64,000 bases of DNA from Haliotis rubra (Eukaryota): assembly GCF_003918875.1 (NCBI RefSeq), contig NW_025766958.1, positions 310,001 to 374,000 on the forward strand, given 5' to 3'. Below, in pieces: positions 50,262 to 63,747 of the stretch. Position 1 is the stretch's first letter. Each line of letters opens with the position of its first letter. The position numbers and the translations under genes were made by a program. Below the pieces are notes generated by a model, which was given only the letters and a program-made list of their open reading frames with translations, was not told where the DNA came from and did no database searches.

Positions 50262-50559
50262 GGGACCGTTCATTATTTATGGCTAGGGGTGATGATGATT
50301 ATTGTTTTTGGGATTATTTTTATTTATTTGGGGGTTTTTGGGGGACATCCCATTTTGTTCTCGGGGAGGTTGGGGATGTCATTAATTTTGTACATAAGGC
50401 TATTTAAAAAGTATGGGAAGGGAGGGCGAGGGTCATTGATTTTGTACAGGATATGCAAGTGGGGGTCACATACTTTGTACATAAATTTTAGGGTGGGTCG
50501 TTCACAATGTACAGGCTTCTGCATAAAAATCAGCACACACATACATTATGAAGGGTCCC
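50262..50559. mobile_element. PIF/Harbinger-like MITE
   Basis: TIR gggaccgttcat / atgaagggtccc; TTA TSD. Confidence 0.75.
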
Positions 50560-50909
50560 TTATGCGTGTTACAAAGTTGTGTTTTTGGTCTCGCTCCTGT
50601 AGCCAGTGTTTCATTCATTTCTATCAAACATAAGCTCGTACAGAATATGGCGTTCAAACTGACAGCCCCCTCGAATACCCTCCAACAATTTGCTGTGTAG
50701 AGGTGCGTCCCTTGGCTACTCCACGATTCCAAGATGTTTGAGATCCAATCCCAAATATGATCCATGCTCGTGGGGAAGTATAAAGTGGTACAGACGTTTA
50801 TCCGTGTAGGTCCTACATCACTTTAGCCCCACCGTCCCATGTAAGCCGCGATAATTACAGAACAGATCGAGATATACACCTGTGTAACCCCAGTGGATTC
50901 TAATGGCAG

Positions 50910-51115
50910 CACCCGTGAAGGTCCGGGTTAGAATATTGGTTGACACATGTCATCGGTTCCCAATTGCCCAGATCGATGCTCATGTTGTTGATCACTGGAT
51001 TGTCTGGTCCAGTCTCGATTATTTACAGACCGCTGCCATATAGCTGGAATATTGCTGAGTGCGGCGTAAAACTAAACTCACTCACTCACTCACTCACTCA
51101 CTCACTCACTCACTC
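50910..51115 (+). mobile_element. Retroposon family B, internally deleted
   Basis: CACCCGTGAAGGTCCGGGTTAGAAT joined to the body at a ttggt microhomology; long (ACTC)n tail. Confidence 0.88.
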
Positions 51116-51333
51116 CAATGGCAGTATTTTCAAGCGTGCCTGTTCACCATAACACAACTGGAACCACATTAATTTTAAATGAGTCCCTTATAGATCCATT
51201 TCCTACAAAAGAAAGTCTATTAATTATCGGTACGATTACACTATTTCGTGTTCCACATTACCATCTGTACGGTTTATCTCTCAGTATTTATTGACATGCT
51301 GACAACACCTAGGCTGCTGTGCCAGCTTCATAA

Positions 51334-51496
51334 AGTGAGTGAGTGAGGTTAGTTTTACACCGCTTTTAGCAATATTCCTGCAATATCATCGCGGGGGACA
51401 CCAGAAATGGGCTCCACACATTGTACCCATGTGGGGATTCGAACCCGGGTCTTCGGCGTGACGAACGCTTTAACCACTTGGCTATCACACCGCCCC
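51334..51496 (-). mobile_element. SINE family A
   Basis: Reverse complement of the consensus; CpGs retained. Confidence 0.9.
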
Positions 51497-51603
51497 AAAT
51501 AAAGACTGTCTCGATCAATAAAACGGTGGACGTGGTAGCAGGAGAGAAATTAATCAAATGACCTTGAAATCGTAAAATCTAGCAGAATCCATAAGCACTG
51601 TAG

Positions 51604-51703
51604 TGGCGGCAGGGTAGCCTGGTGGTTAATGCGTTCGCTCGTCACGCCGAAGACCCGGGTTCGATTCTCCCGGTAATGCCATACCCACTCACACGCTCAC
51701 TCA
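51604..51703 (+). mobile_element. SINE family A, internally deleted
   Basis: tRNA-like head joined to tail; a similar deleted copy lies at about 49908-50005. Confidence 0.75.
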
Positions 51704-51954
51704 CAACCACTGATTTATGGCTGATATTCTCGCAGTAACACTTCAGTATGATTAAACAAACTCATGTATATTAATTGAGCGAACTATGCCCCTCAACCTA
51801 GATCCTGTTACCAGTCAAAGTATAGAGACGTTTGATTACATTATTGCAAGTTCACATCTATGTGTGACTAGATCAATCACCAGCTGCTAGATCTAGTTTC
51901 CAGACAAATAATGGATCGACTGTCTTTACTGAACACTGTTCAATAAAGGCTTAC

Positions 51955-52100
51955 AGGGATTTCATGAAATCCCTGAGCTAATATTTCAGTAATTTCATGA
52001 AATCCCTTGAAATTTTAGAATAGTTGAAATCCCTGCATGGGGGGTTACAGTGATTTCATGAAATCACTGACTCTTTCAGGGATTACGTGAAATCCCTGGT
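51955..52100. repeat. Cluster of palindromic gatttcatgaaatc repeats
   Basis: Four to five copies of cagggatttcatgaaatccctg-like palindromes. Confidence 0.8.
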
Positions 52101-52689
52101 TTCACACATTCCCTGTAACATACATACTACCCCGGAGCAGGAACAGGCCCACCTGCAGTCTGTCGAGTGTGTGTGTCACAATACCTGCCATGCAGCCAGA
52201 TTAACACACTGTTTTTCCGGATATAGTAGTATTGTATAGAGAGTAACATTCTACACAAACTCAGGGAGGGTTCACTGAGGAGGATTCGAAAACCAAGCCT
52301 TCATAAACCTCTGTGTTTGAAATCAAATCTGTTGTTTCATTATTAAGGTGTTTCAAGGAATATACCTAGTTTCGGGGAAAACGGCTGTTAAGATTAGCCA
52401 ACCACAGACCGTCTAGCTGTTCATTGCTGCTACGACTTGGCATGACGAACGTCGTTGTTTCGCTCTACACAGTTGCCTGCACGGATTTACCTATGGAGAG
52501 GCGGGTGGTGTATGTTTTTTATCAATGTGTATCTTATTGGCAAAGGTAAGCCTGTGGGTTGTTATTATATATACTCCAAGTATACCATGTAACCGATATG
52601 TTGAAGAACGCCAGTACGTGGTGTAGCTAGATGATCAAAAACAATGGTTTTACATAATGTACGTACATGTACATCTTTTCCATGAAAAA

Positions 52690-52892
52690 CACCCGTGAAG
52701 GTCCGGGTTAGAGGCGACTAACGGGATCGGGTGGTCAGGCTCGCTGACTTGGTTGACACATGTTATCATATCCCAATTGCGTAGATCGATGCTCATGCTG
52801 TTAATCACTGGATCGTCTGGTCCTGCCTCGATTATTTACAGACCACCGCCATATAGACTGAATATTGCTGAGTTCGGCGTAAAACACCAAAA
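52690..52892 (+). mobile_element. Retroposon family B, internally deleted
   Basis: Same 5' start; deletion GGGTTAGA/GGCGACTAA. Confidence 0.88.
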
Positions 52893-53159
52893 CCATGGGA
52901 ACATTTCATTAAATGAATTTTTAATTTCCTATTGATTTTTCGATATAACCCCACCTCACCTGGTCCTTGCGTGTAGAGCCAAAGTAACTTAATTTAGTTT
53001 GATGTAGACTTAAATATTTTAAAAGTGTCTTTCCGTTTTGGGAAATATTCCTGGTACATCTTGAAACAAGGAATACCTGTGTTTCAATATAACACGTTCG
53101 TCATAGCACTGATCGATAAAATATTCACATTGAATTGTCATATTTGTTTACCATAACTA

Positions 53160-53580
53160 AACATAGGAAATATTAATATTCTACACACTAAGTAAAGATA
53201 TTTATGTAGCTCTTTAAATGCTGATCTTTTCCGTGTCAATTTATCTGAAAGTAAAATCTGCCTTTGTGGTGCTCTGGTGGAAGAAGCCAATCATTTCTTT
53301 TTAAAATGTCCAAAGTATGTCAGCTGCCAGTTTGATTTGATACAAGGCTTTGAAATCCTAAAAGTTAACTTCGATATTAACATCATTCTGTACGGCAGCC
53401 TCAGTCTGCCACAAACTGTAAATGAAAATAGTTTTAGTCAAGTCCATAAATTCATTGTAAGTAGTAAGCGTTTCAATTAATGTGTAATTTGTGTCCATGT
53501 AATTGTCAGGAGCGGGCTTGAATAAGTTGAATAACTTGTGCCCAATCCCTTTCAATACTGAATACAATATGTTCAAAAAT
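53160..53580 (+). mobile_element. 3' fragment of a non-LTR retrotransposon (ORF2 C-terminal CCHC region plus 3' UTR)
   Basis: LNADLFRVNL..ICLCG..EEANHFFLKCPKY...ILYG...VHKFI..SKRF*; in-frame stop upstream. Confidence 0.8.
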
Positions 53581-53847
53581 AGGAAATATATATTGGATGA
53601 CGTAAGTCAATCAAAAATCACAAGCAATATATATTTTCAATTTCAACGTAGGCGTACTTCAAATATCGCTTATAGAAAAAGAAGAAGAAAGAAAAAATAA
53701 GTTTCTTTTTATTTAAGGCCTCCGGCCCACGTACTCACACAATAAGATGTTACAGGCTGCATTACAGCAATTGGATATACACTATGTTTCAATAAGTTAT
53801 ATCTTAAGCTAGTTGCATGTTTTTATATAGATCTATATATAATGACA

Positions 53848-55756
53848 CACTCTAAACCACAAGGTTCAAGCAGAACAGTGGACGCGTCCGTGCATATTCT
53901 GGAACACATAGGCCATATTTAGAACAGGCGTGTTCTGTTTTAAAAACACATGTGTTCAAAGTCTGTGAGGTAGGTGTTCTAATTTCAGAACACAATGTGT
54001 TATTAAAAGACTGTGATTTCGTAAATGAATGTGGTTACAACAAATGAAATGACTAAAATACGTTGAACATAATCATTAACCTGTTAAGATATTTTAAGAC
54101 AATGTTGAACATTATTCAAGCGGACATTTAAAAAAGAATTTAAAGAAATTGGTAATAATTTTTGTATTTTAACTTTAACCTTTCCTTCCCAGAAGGAGAA
54201 TAAAAATACATGTATTTTGCAAGAGGAAAATGATTCCTTAAAATGTTCTAAATAACTGGGTAAAATCTGGTTATATATGGTTTACAATTCATAAATAACT
54301 GAATAAGCAACCTCTAAAGAAGACTATCAGAACGCATAGTGTTCCGTTACATTTGATAAAATGAACACGTTAGGAAGGTAGCTGTTCTATAAGGTTTGAT
54401 TTGATATCTTTTCGGACCGCGAGTTTTCTGATTAGAACAACTGATGTTCTAACAAAGTGACGTCATGATAAGCACGCGCAGTTGTCTCTTCCCCAACGCT
54501 ACCGAAAGTCGTTTGGCGCCACAGGTCAAAATGAAACTGCTGCCTGTGATTTAGTTTATCGAAGACAAAACAAGACTCCATCCGGATGACAAAGACCGCA
54601 AAGAGGTCAATAATAGAAGTTAAACGGTGAGTGGTATATTAAAATTCATGTATTACATACTTTTATTTTCTGTTATGTAAGGAAACTTATATAGTGGTTA
54701 CAAAGATTCTTCCACAACGTACAAACGTGAATTGCATATTCTTACAAAATGGAACCTGTTTTGTATTGACTAAAACCGTTGAATAAGCGTTTTTCGTATT
54801 TGTGTATGGGTGAAATAAAACTGTATTTTCATTCAATATTGTGTGTCGTGAATTAAGTTCAGTTGAAATTTGAAATTACGTGTATGCCACATCATATCTT
54901 TCAAATGAATTATTTAGTGTAAAATTGTATTATCTATTGTAGGATGTGACCGTTGATGAGATTGACGGGGCTCTGAAGACATAAGCAAGCCTCAGAGGGT
55001 CCAAACATCGTCGCTTTCGTCAGAGGTGATGCTCTGGCCGGCCTATAAATCGCTGCCGACACCGTGTAATGCATGCGAGGTGAATGTCGACGGTGGCATC
55101 ATGGCCGCGGTATTGAAACTGATAGCGATGTACTACAGTTTCAATTTAAGCTATCCCATAGCACACACGATGTTTTTGTAGGTTCAGAGAAATGGGGAAA
55201 GTTATCTCATCCTTGCCCGACCCTGAGGTATAGGAGCTTTTTTTCAGCGTTTTCTTCAATGATGTGCGACTTTAACTGCAGATGTTATAAGATGTGCACG
55301 AATGAGTTGTTGCAGTTAAAGTTATCTTCTTCTCCTACACTAAATTTAGCCGTCCGCGGTCTAACAAAATGATAATAACAATAACACGTTTTCGTACTCA
55401 ATGTAAGTTTTAATAAAGCTTTGAATCATTTCATATTGTTGTTGATTTTATACGTTCATGTTAGGCTGGTGAAAGTTTGAGAACACTAGTGTTCTGAAAT
55501 AAGGCTCAGAACACTCAAAGGGTGTTCTAAATCTGTTACAGCGTCCGAGACGTCCGGGGATGTTCTAAATTGAACACATACAGAACACACAAAGAGTGTT
55601 CTGAAATCTAGAGCACGAGCGTTCTGTAAGGGGAACACTAGTGTTCTGACGGCAGAACACATTGTGTCTAAATCAGAACACTCCGACTGCGTTCTAAATC
55701 TGTTACAGGAAGGGTGTCTCATAGTGTTCAGAACTAGAACTCTTAGGTTTATAGTG
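53848..55756. mobile_element. EnSpm/CACTA-like non-autonomous DNA transposon, 1.9 kb
   Basis: TIR cactctaaacc / ggtttatagtg, CA on both flanks, many subterminal agaacac / gtgttct repeats at both ends. Confidence 0.75.
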
Positions 55757-56058
55757 CAGGTGTAAAATATGTCGTTAATAGAAATCGAAGGTTAACACTG
55801 ATATTTTTTGGTCTAGGATGAGATAGTTATCTGATTATGTGTCATTTTGTGACGTCATCAGAAATCCGTATTTATGGGAAGATTAGGAATCAACCGTTCG
55901 GTGAATAGAAATTAAAGTACTTCCAAATTCAACACACACAAAGAAAAACCCCAAATGTTAAAACAAGTAACATACTCGATGTATTTCTATATAATAAAAT
56001 GCTTAATGGCGGATTGGCAAATAAAAGGGAACGTTCAAATGAGAAACAATTGTATAAG

Positions 56059-56224
56059 GAGTGAGAGAGAGTTGGGTTTTACGCAGCTTTTAGCTATAGT
56101 CCAGGAATATCACGGCGGGCGACACCAGAAATGGGCTTCACACATTGTACCTATGTGGGGAATCGAACCCGGGCCTTAGGCGTGACGAGCGAACGCTTTA
56201 ACCAGTGGGCTACCCCACCGCCCC
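56059..56224 (-). mobile_element. SINE family A
   Basis: Reverse complement; TSD gtataagga. Confidence 0.9.
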
Positions 56225-57126
56225 TATCGTATAAGGAAACCAACATACTGAAGATAGCAACAGGTTGTCATCGAGTGGTGAATCACAGACGTTGTACTGT
56301 TTTGCAATAATTGGGTGAGTAAGTGTTTTCACTTCTTTCAGTCAAAAAAGCCCTTAAGATATAGAAATGTTATTTTTTTCCCAAATGAAGTAATAATTTA
56401 CCATGTAATCGTTGCTTATGTTATCTTTATTTGAAAGATTAAAGTGATTCTGTCAAATAAAATACATTTATAAAATACATTAAAAAAAATAAAACCTTGT
56501 GTTTATGTTGGGCTTTAGATTTCGATCCTAAATTGGGTTTACCTGAGTTTGGACTGTTTCGTGAGAGATAACGTCAGCCTTAAAGGGACACTCTTCCAAA
56601 GCCATTCCACGGGACTGGTTGTTGCTTTTGGTATTGTTTTCCCCCGCGACTACCCGGATGATATCCCAGAATTCTTGACTGGGTTGCGATCTCTGCTGCG
56701 CCACCCGCAAACGCAATTGGTAATATAAGGGCGCCATAACAGAGTTCAAGGGTCACATCTTGCGATTTCCGATCATTGAGGTTGCTTTATGACACGATAA
56801 CAAATCTCAAGTAAATAACACATCATAAAACTTTAAAAAATATACAGTACACTGATTAATCACCCTTCGAACCATCCATGCATGGTGATTCCAGTTTCAA
56901 TGTACCCTCAGTAACCTGTGTTTGTCGTAATAGGAGACTAAATGGGTCGGCTTGTCATGCAGGCTCTGTGACTCCGTTAATGAATTAGGAGATAAACATC
57001 ATGTGTTGGCCAATTTCCGAGTGTTTTGATTGTTTGAAACACGGGAATTCATTCGGAACCGACGGCATTAGCCGGAGATTTCAAATGAAATATTTCCATG
57101 CTTCAATGTCTTCTTCTCCTGGTTTG

Positions 57127-57265
57127 CGGGGCGGTTGGGGGAGCCTTGTGGTTGAAGGGGTCGATCGTCACGTCAAAGAACTGGGGTCCATTGCCCATTT
57201 CTAGTTCCCCCGATATTGCTGGAATATCGCTAAAAGCAGCGTAATACTAAACTCACCCAACCACT
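57127..57265 (+). mobile_element. SINE family A, degenerate
   Basis: Head and gatattgctggaatat tail. Confidence 0.75.
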
Positions 57266-58344
57266 TAACCAATATCCTCGTTACGAGGGACGTCAATGAT
57301 AAGTTTATTTGCATGTCATCTCGAATTCAAACATACCGACGTCATATTTCCAAACAAACAACTATAGCAAATAGGCCACCCAAAATGTAGTGATCGATAT
57401 ACACGTATCGAAAAGGTATCAACTTTTAAGTAAATTATTGGTAGAAATCTATATAATATCCGCACATACAACTAAAAAGTCAAAGAACGTTCCCAGTTGA
57501 AGGCTGTGTGTTTCAATATCCACAAGACATATTAGCTTTATACTCAAATTATATTGAGTAGCACATATGATACGATCCCACATAACCACGCCCACGTAAC
57601 AGGCTATATATAGTTTCGGAAGTTAATGCAAGCTACATAGCAATTGGCTGACTGTGTCGGTTTCACAACTCTTAACCAATCAGCGGTTGCGAGATATCTT
57701 CCGACGAAGTGAGGACATTCACCTGTGGCATATCACTTATCAACCAGAATACGTATATACACATACATGCCAACTTGTTATCCCGGGTACCTGCGTGGTT
57801 CTGAGGAAATGTGTAAGTTTACTTGCGTGTTTTTATGTTAATTAGAGTATTATCTAGTATTATAATGTAATTTGATTGCAGGGGTGTTTTGAACAGCTTG
57901 TTTAAATCTATAATTGAAGCAATAACAGTTAGTTTGAAATACCTTTGATATTGACTAAATTGTTTGATAAAACAATGGAATATTATATATATTAAAACTA
58001 CTGATTGAGCTCATAGTTTTTATTAATGACAGGTAATTTCTTTGTGTTTTTAAAAATACCTAACTCAATTTTTGTCAGATTGTCCAAGAAAGTTTTGATC
58101 GGTTTGAATAACGTACTGGACAGGATAGTCAGACCGGGTGTTCTAATGATTTCAGGAACAAAAATAATAAAACACGTTCTCGTGACACAAGTTTTGATGA
58201 TAAATCCGTTTATTTTCCAATAAGATACATTTGCAGAAGCTTTACACGTTAAATTTGAGGTGAATGTTTTTATGTTTTTGTTTTTTTTACTCATTAAGAT
58301 ATTCGTGTATTATCAATCTTTTGGGTATTTGTTGCAGTTTAATA

Positions 58345-58533
58345 TTGGTATCCAAGTCAGACACTGGACACTGACTCCGGGCTGACTGGTCTTTGTTTTA
58401 TTCCCGTCATGCCGAGCACCAGACACGGCAACAACAAGTACTATCTTCTGACGTCCTTTGCCATGCCACGGCAGGGGATCGGAACACTGACCATCCATCT
58501 CCAGTCAGGCGCACCATCCACTACACCACTGAC
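58345..58533 (-). mobile_element. Old tRNA-derived SINE (family D); related degenerate copy at about 25255-25400 (+)
   Basis: Minus strand has an A-box-like tggtgtagtgg, a degenerate B box and a central caaagacc..gtcagt..tgtct block. Confidence 0.55.
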
Positions 58534-58677
58534 CAAGAATACAAGTGGCTTGCTGTGTACACGGATCATTTAGGTAATACGGAAATTATTTTTAGTAATT
58601 CCAAGTTATCATTCAATTTGTATGATAACAGTGACTTATGCATCTTAGTATACTTTGATTGGTTTTGTTTGTTCACA

Positions 58678-59215
58678 AGACAAGACAATCGTTTATTGTA
58701 TTTTAGGCCACCGGCCCTTATACAAGCGAGTTACATACATTAGGACATGGTTAACTGTAAGTGCTCGTTACGACGAATAAATGCATATTTAACATAGAGA
58801 GCTAGATTACATAGGGTGGATTCATTATTAGTTGTTAATAAACTGGTAAAAGCTATCAGTGGTGGTTCCGACAGATAACGTTCTGGGATATACATGTAAC
58901 GTAAATCTTCATAAAATGGACAGTCAAGGGTAAAATGTAGTTCATCTTCTACTGAAGAACTACATAAAGGACAAGATCTTTCAGATTTTGGGATGGACAG
59001 TTTTCTGCCTCTATTTATCATTAAGTCCAACAAACCAGTCCTATATTTGACAAATATATTTCTGTTACACTTAAAAGTAAGTTTAGATAAATACAGTTCA
59101 GGTTGTAATAGGTTTTTAAATGCTCTATATCATTCGTAACGAGAGATGCTTTCTAGAGTGAAATGCCATTCCTGATGAAACATGTTTACCGCTCGATCAC
59201 GAAATTCTTTTAAAA
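58678..59215 (-). mobile_element. 3' fragment of a second non-LTR retrotransposon
   Basis: ERSCPLCSSSVEDELHFTLDCPFYEDLR zinc knuckle, upstream stop, AATAAA and (GTCTT)n tail; a related tail fragment lies at about 53700-53760 (-). Confidence 0.82.
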
Positions 59216-60921
59216 TTCTTTTTGTTTGTTGATTAACACCACACTCAGCCATATTCCATCAGCCTGTAAATAACCTAGTCTGGACCAGACAATCCAGTGA
59301 TCAACGTGTACTTAGAACTGAAACTTGAGATTTTAATATTTTAATTATGTGAAATGTTCTGTGTACATATTGTGTGTTTGTTTTTCCCAACATCCCTGTC
59401 CAAATATTTTCATAAACATTTCGGTTTAACCTTCTAGTCTAGCGGGATCATCATATTGAAAACATTAACTTAGCTATTAGAAATTGCGACACTGTTGTAT
59501 CATATAAATAAAAAAAAGACAAATGTGAACCTAAATATTATTCATATGGAATAAAGAAGTTATATTTTTTGCACACAATATTAAGATATATGGCGAGTTT
59601 TTCATTACTTCCTTGAATCTCTATTGTATACTATTCAAAGACATAAACTGTTACAATCTTAGAAAGTATTGTTAAAATTAGAACACCGATTGGTATTAAT
59701 CGTATCATACATGGCAATGCAGGTGTCTCATTTACTGCAAATCAGAATGTTTTCAAATATGTACATATCTATATCTCTCCAACAAAACGTTTTCTCAGTT
59801 AACTTCAGTTGTACATATCCTATTATTGGGAGGGGTCTTCTCTATCAATAAACACAATCAGACCTCTCAGTGACAAACCTGTTTTATATTCGATAGTACT
59901 TGGTAGTAAAATCAATTTTGAGAAGAGAAATCATTTATCATTTAATCATGAGAAAGTTCTATTTACCCACAATCAAACTTCTCAGTAACGAACCTGTTTC
60001 AGGCTCACCCTGCTCTACTCACTAGACAGTGGACTGTTCCATTATACCCGTAGGTGTTACCCTAATTAACCTTCTTGTTCAGTGTCTGTCAATTGGGTGT
60101 CTGTCAAATGGGTGTCTGTCAATTGGGAGATAACCGGGAATTTACAATTACGCATAATTGACTTCAGGGCGAAAAGCCCCCCCCCCCCCCCCCCAGGCTC
60201 ACCCTAAATAGACCAGACATCTCAAGCTGTTTTCTCACTATGGTTTGGAAGCTCGGTAAACAAGGGCAGTAACTCTGTGAGCCAAGGTGAATTGTGCAAT
60301 ACCTACAGGCGTGTGCAAGTAGATGGTATGACACAGACGATGATTGATAGTACATTATCAGCCTGAATGTCCTTAAGTCCACTTATACAATTTATTACGA
60401 ACTCCCGTCGTAATATATAGCTGGAATATTGCTGATTCGGCGTTAAACAACAAAACAAACAAATAATAATACTAACTTACTGTCACACAGAGCTAGGATA
60501 TAGCCCAGTGGGTTTTAATGTTGCGTTTAAAATTATTGATTATATATATCGAAATGTATGCACGCAGACCGTTTCTTGTTGTCTCCCTTTACTGCCGACC
60601 AACAGGCATGGTAATAACAAATACCATGGCTTAACGTCTCGTCATGTGACTTAGCCGGGGATCCAATCATCTGGCTTCTGTTCAAGGACAGACGCGCTAA
60701 CCCACATTGTAACCCAAAAATAACACAGACAAATAATGTAAAATGAATTATACAGATAACGAATATATATAGTGAACCCAAATAATTTGTTCAAGATTGT
60801 CATAACTTAACAATTATTATCGAACTTTATGACAAACTGAAAATCTTGCAGACTCAGAAAGGTATACTTACTATTTAATCGATATATGTTAAGTATTATT
60901 GAATGCCGAAATCATTCAAGT

Positions 60922-61080
60922 CATAGGCGGATCGGGGGCGTCGTGCGGGGGTGCACCCTTTTGTCCTGAAAGTTTATTAAATGACCATTGAAACTCCGAT
61001 GAAAATGAAGTGTGCAACCCCTTTTCTCAATACTGTGCACCCCTCCCCACCCCCTTCTAAAAAAGCTGTATCCGCCCCTG
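60922..61080. mobile_element. GC-rich MITE
   Basis: cataggcggatc / gtatccgcccctg termini. Confidence 0.6.
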
Positions 61081-61659
61081 CAAGTATTGGAGATTGTGTC
61101 AGTATTTGCATATTTATGTCCTTACCCGTGGACTGACTTCTACAGCTACAGCTGTATCTGTACCATGTAGTACTTCGTATTGACACTATACGATAATACG
61201 TGTATGTTAGGAGCGGCGAGTGGTCGAAGAATTCGCTCGCCATAACTCTTTTACTGACTGACTGACTGAGTTTGGTTTAACGCCGCTTTTAGCAATAAAA
61301 TCTCTTTTATAACTTGTAGCTTCTGTCCAGGCTAGAAGGAGCCCCGTGTGAAATAAATGCATGGAAAAAGAAAGGCTTCATTTTTTTCTTTTAAAGATAA
61401 AGGGACACGTTTATGAAAAAATAATGAATTATCAACTCTTTTTTTCCGAGAAAAATAAACAGGAAGAAGGACCTGACTCAAGTAAAGAGAACAAACATTC
61501 ATTCAGTTATTTGGCAATGTCAGGAATTAAGATGAATGTTGTATTTCTGTATTCCTCGTGTAACGATATTCGAGCTACGCACATGTTCGATTCTAGAGGG
61601 ACCAGTTGCACGTGCACCAATTCCCGCCAGGTTAAATAATTATAGAACATGAGGAACCA

Positions 61660-62330
61660 CCCGATTCACATTGGTCGGCTTTGACAAAAAATCGCACACG
61701 TGGCCAACTCTTTGTGGTTGGTTACGGAAACATGCGAGTGGTGGCGAATAGATGACGCCCCCCCCCCCTCCCCCCGCAAAACACACACACAAAGCACCCA
61801 ATAAGCGTTGCCTGCTTTTACATTTTTACATAGGGGGAAAATCCCAACAGTGACAGAATAATGTCCAGTCACACATTTCACCCAAAGCCAACGTCACGTG
61901 TTTACTTAAATGCTCTGGTATTCAATGTCACTTTTACGACATTATAATATCGCATTCAGAACACATCAGCAGTATTTTTAGAACAGCTATTTGAGTACTT
62001 TATTAGTTTACGTGATCAGAGATAGCCGCGTTCCAGTTCAGTTTCGTTTTCGACTACACATCTGGGAATCCCAAAGTTTCAGGCCTCGCTGGCTTTCTGC
62101 CAGGCTATGAATAAAAGGATTCAATGTTTTCATTGGTGAATATCATCCAATCAAAATTCGCCGGTCCCAGTATCTGGGTTTTTCCAGCGCGTGCAGTTTT
62201 TACGTGTTGTAGATGGGTCACGTGACATTGTCGTCTGCTTTAGTACCAACAAGGAGAACAATGTGACCGACGTTCAGTTGGACTGACATTCGAAACATTT
62301 ATATTTGTAGCTGACGTAGTTTAAATAATT
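61660..62330. promoter_or_regulatory. Candidate promoter of a neighbouring gene
   Basis: CpG-rich; CACGTG E-boxes near 61698 and 61896; palindromic GTCACGTGAC at 62217-62226; CCAAT boxes near 61670, 62132, 62148; CpG-poor sequence resumes downstream. Confidence 0.45.
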
Positions 62331-62479
62331 AACCTGTTGATCTCAATAGAGTAGGATAGCTTACAGCACAAGTGATACTTAATGTATATTTGCATATTAA
62401 TGCATTCATAATTACGTTGATGGTATGATATTCTGCCAATTTAGTTGGTATGATGATCTGGTAATAGTGCCCCTGTTTT

Positions 62480-62945
62480 TCGTGGTATATAGTGTTGAGG
62501 TAATGCTGCGTCATGCTGATGGTATGGCGGGTTTGTACTGACAATGCTGGCCCTCATGTTAATGGTATGACTTTTTTCTGACAATGTGACCCCTCTTGAT
62601 GATGAATTGATGTTGTTTTGACAATACTTCTCACTTTTTGATGATGTTATGTTTTTTTCTGACAATACTGCCCTCTTGCTGATGGTATGATGTTTTTCTG
62701 ACAATGCTGCAACTTATGTTGATGGTATAATGCATTTGTGACAAAGGCACCTTATTGATGGTATGTTTTTCTGACAATGCTGCTATTATGTTTCATGGTA
62801 TGACATTTTATCTGACAATGCTGTCCTCATTTAGATGGTATGACATTCAATCTGACAATCATGCCCTTAATTTTGATGACAATGCTGCCTTCTTGTTGAA
62901 GGTATAACGTTTTCTGTCAATGTCGCCCCTCTTGTTGATAGTGTG
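62480..62945. repeat. Degenerate minisatellite, about 38-42 bp
   Basis: ctgacaatgctgccctcttgttgatggtatga recurring. Confidence 0.85.
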
Positions 62946-63276
62946 ATCTAATGTGTTAAAGTTATACACTTAAGCTGTAACATGGGCTTGTCATGACTGT
63001 ATTAAAATCAGCTGGACCATGTCTGAGACATAACCTTTCACAAAGGAATGGATGTTCTGGTCATCAAAATGCTGTGACTTTTCACAAAGCAAAGGAAGTT
63101 AACAGGTTAGTCATGTTACTGAATACTTTTTGTTTTCAATCACTGTAGTTTCATCCAGATCTGTCAGGGTGGGAAGGGGTGGTGATTGGTCTTGTTGAAG
63201 TGTTTGTTAGTCATTAGCATATCGTCTGAGGGCAATCCTTTCAGAACTTAGTCCACTGCACTTCCTGCAGAACTGC

Positions 63277-63441
63277 GTGAGTGAATAAGTGAGTTTAGTT
63301 TTACGCCACTTTTATCAATATTCCAGCAATATCATGCGGACACCAGAATGGGCTTCACACATTGTACTCATGTGGGTAATCGAACCCGGGTCTTCGGCGT
63401 GACGAGTGAATGCTTTAATCACTAGGCTACACCGCCGCCCC
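63277..63441 (-). mobile_element. SINE family A
   Basis: Reverse complement; TSD gcagaactg. Confidence 0.9.
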
Positions 63442-63747
63442 AGCAGAACTGAAATAATTCCAAATTTTAAGTCACTTTTCCGGTTCCTTACAGTTATGGT
63501 TCAAAAGTCTGCACACTGACACAGTTTAGAAATATGCAAAGTACTGGGTAGTGAGACTTCCTGAAGAACAGTTGGAGAATAGGAATTGGCCATTTACAGT
63601 TGTGACATGGCTGATTGTGTGCCATGGTACACTTGGTTTAGTGTGAGTTCTACCAAGTAGCCAAGACGGAGGGAGTACAGACACTGGGTCATAAGTGAGT
63701 ATCCTCCAAACACTACCAAACAATACTGCCAACCCACCCACCAACTA

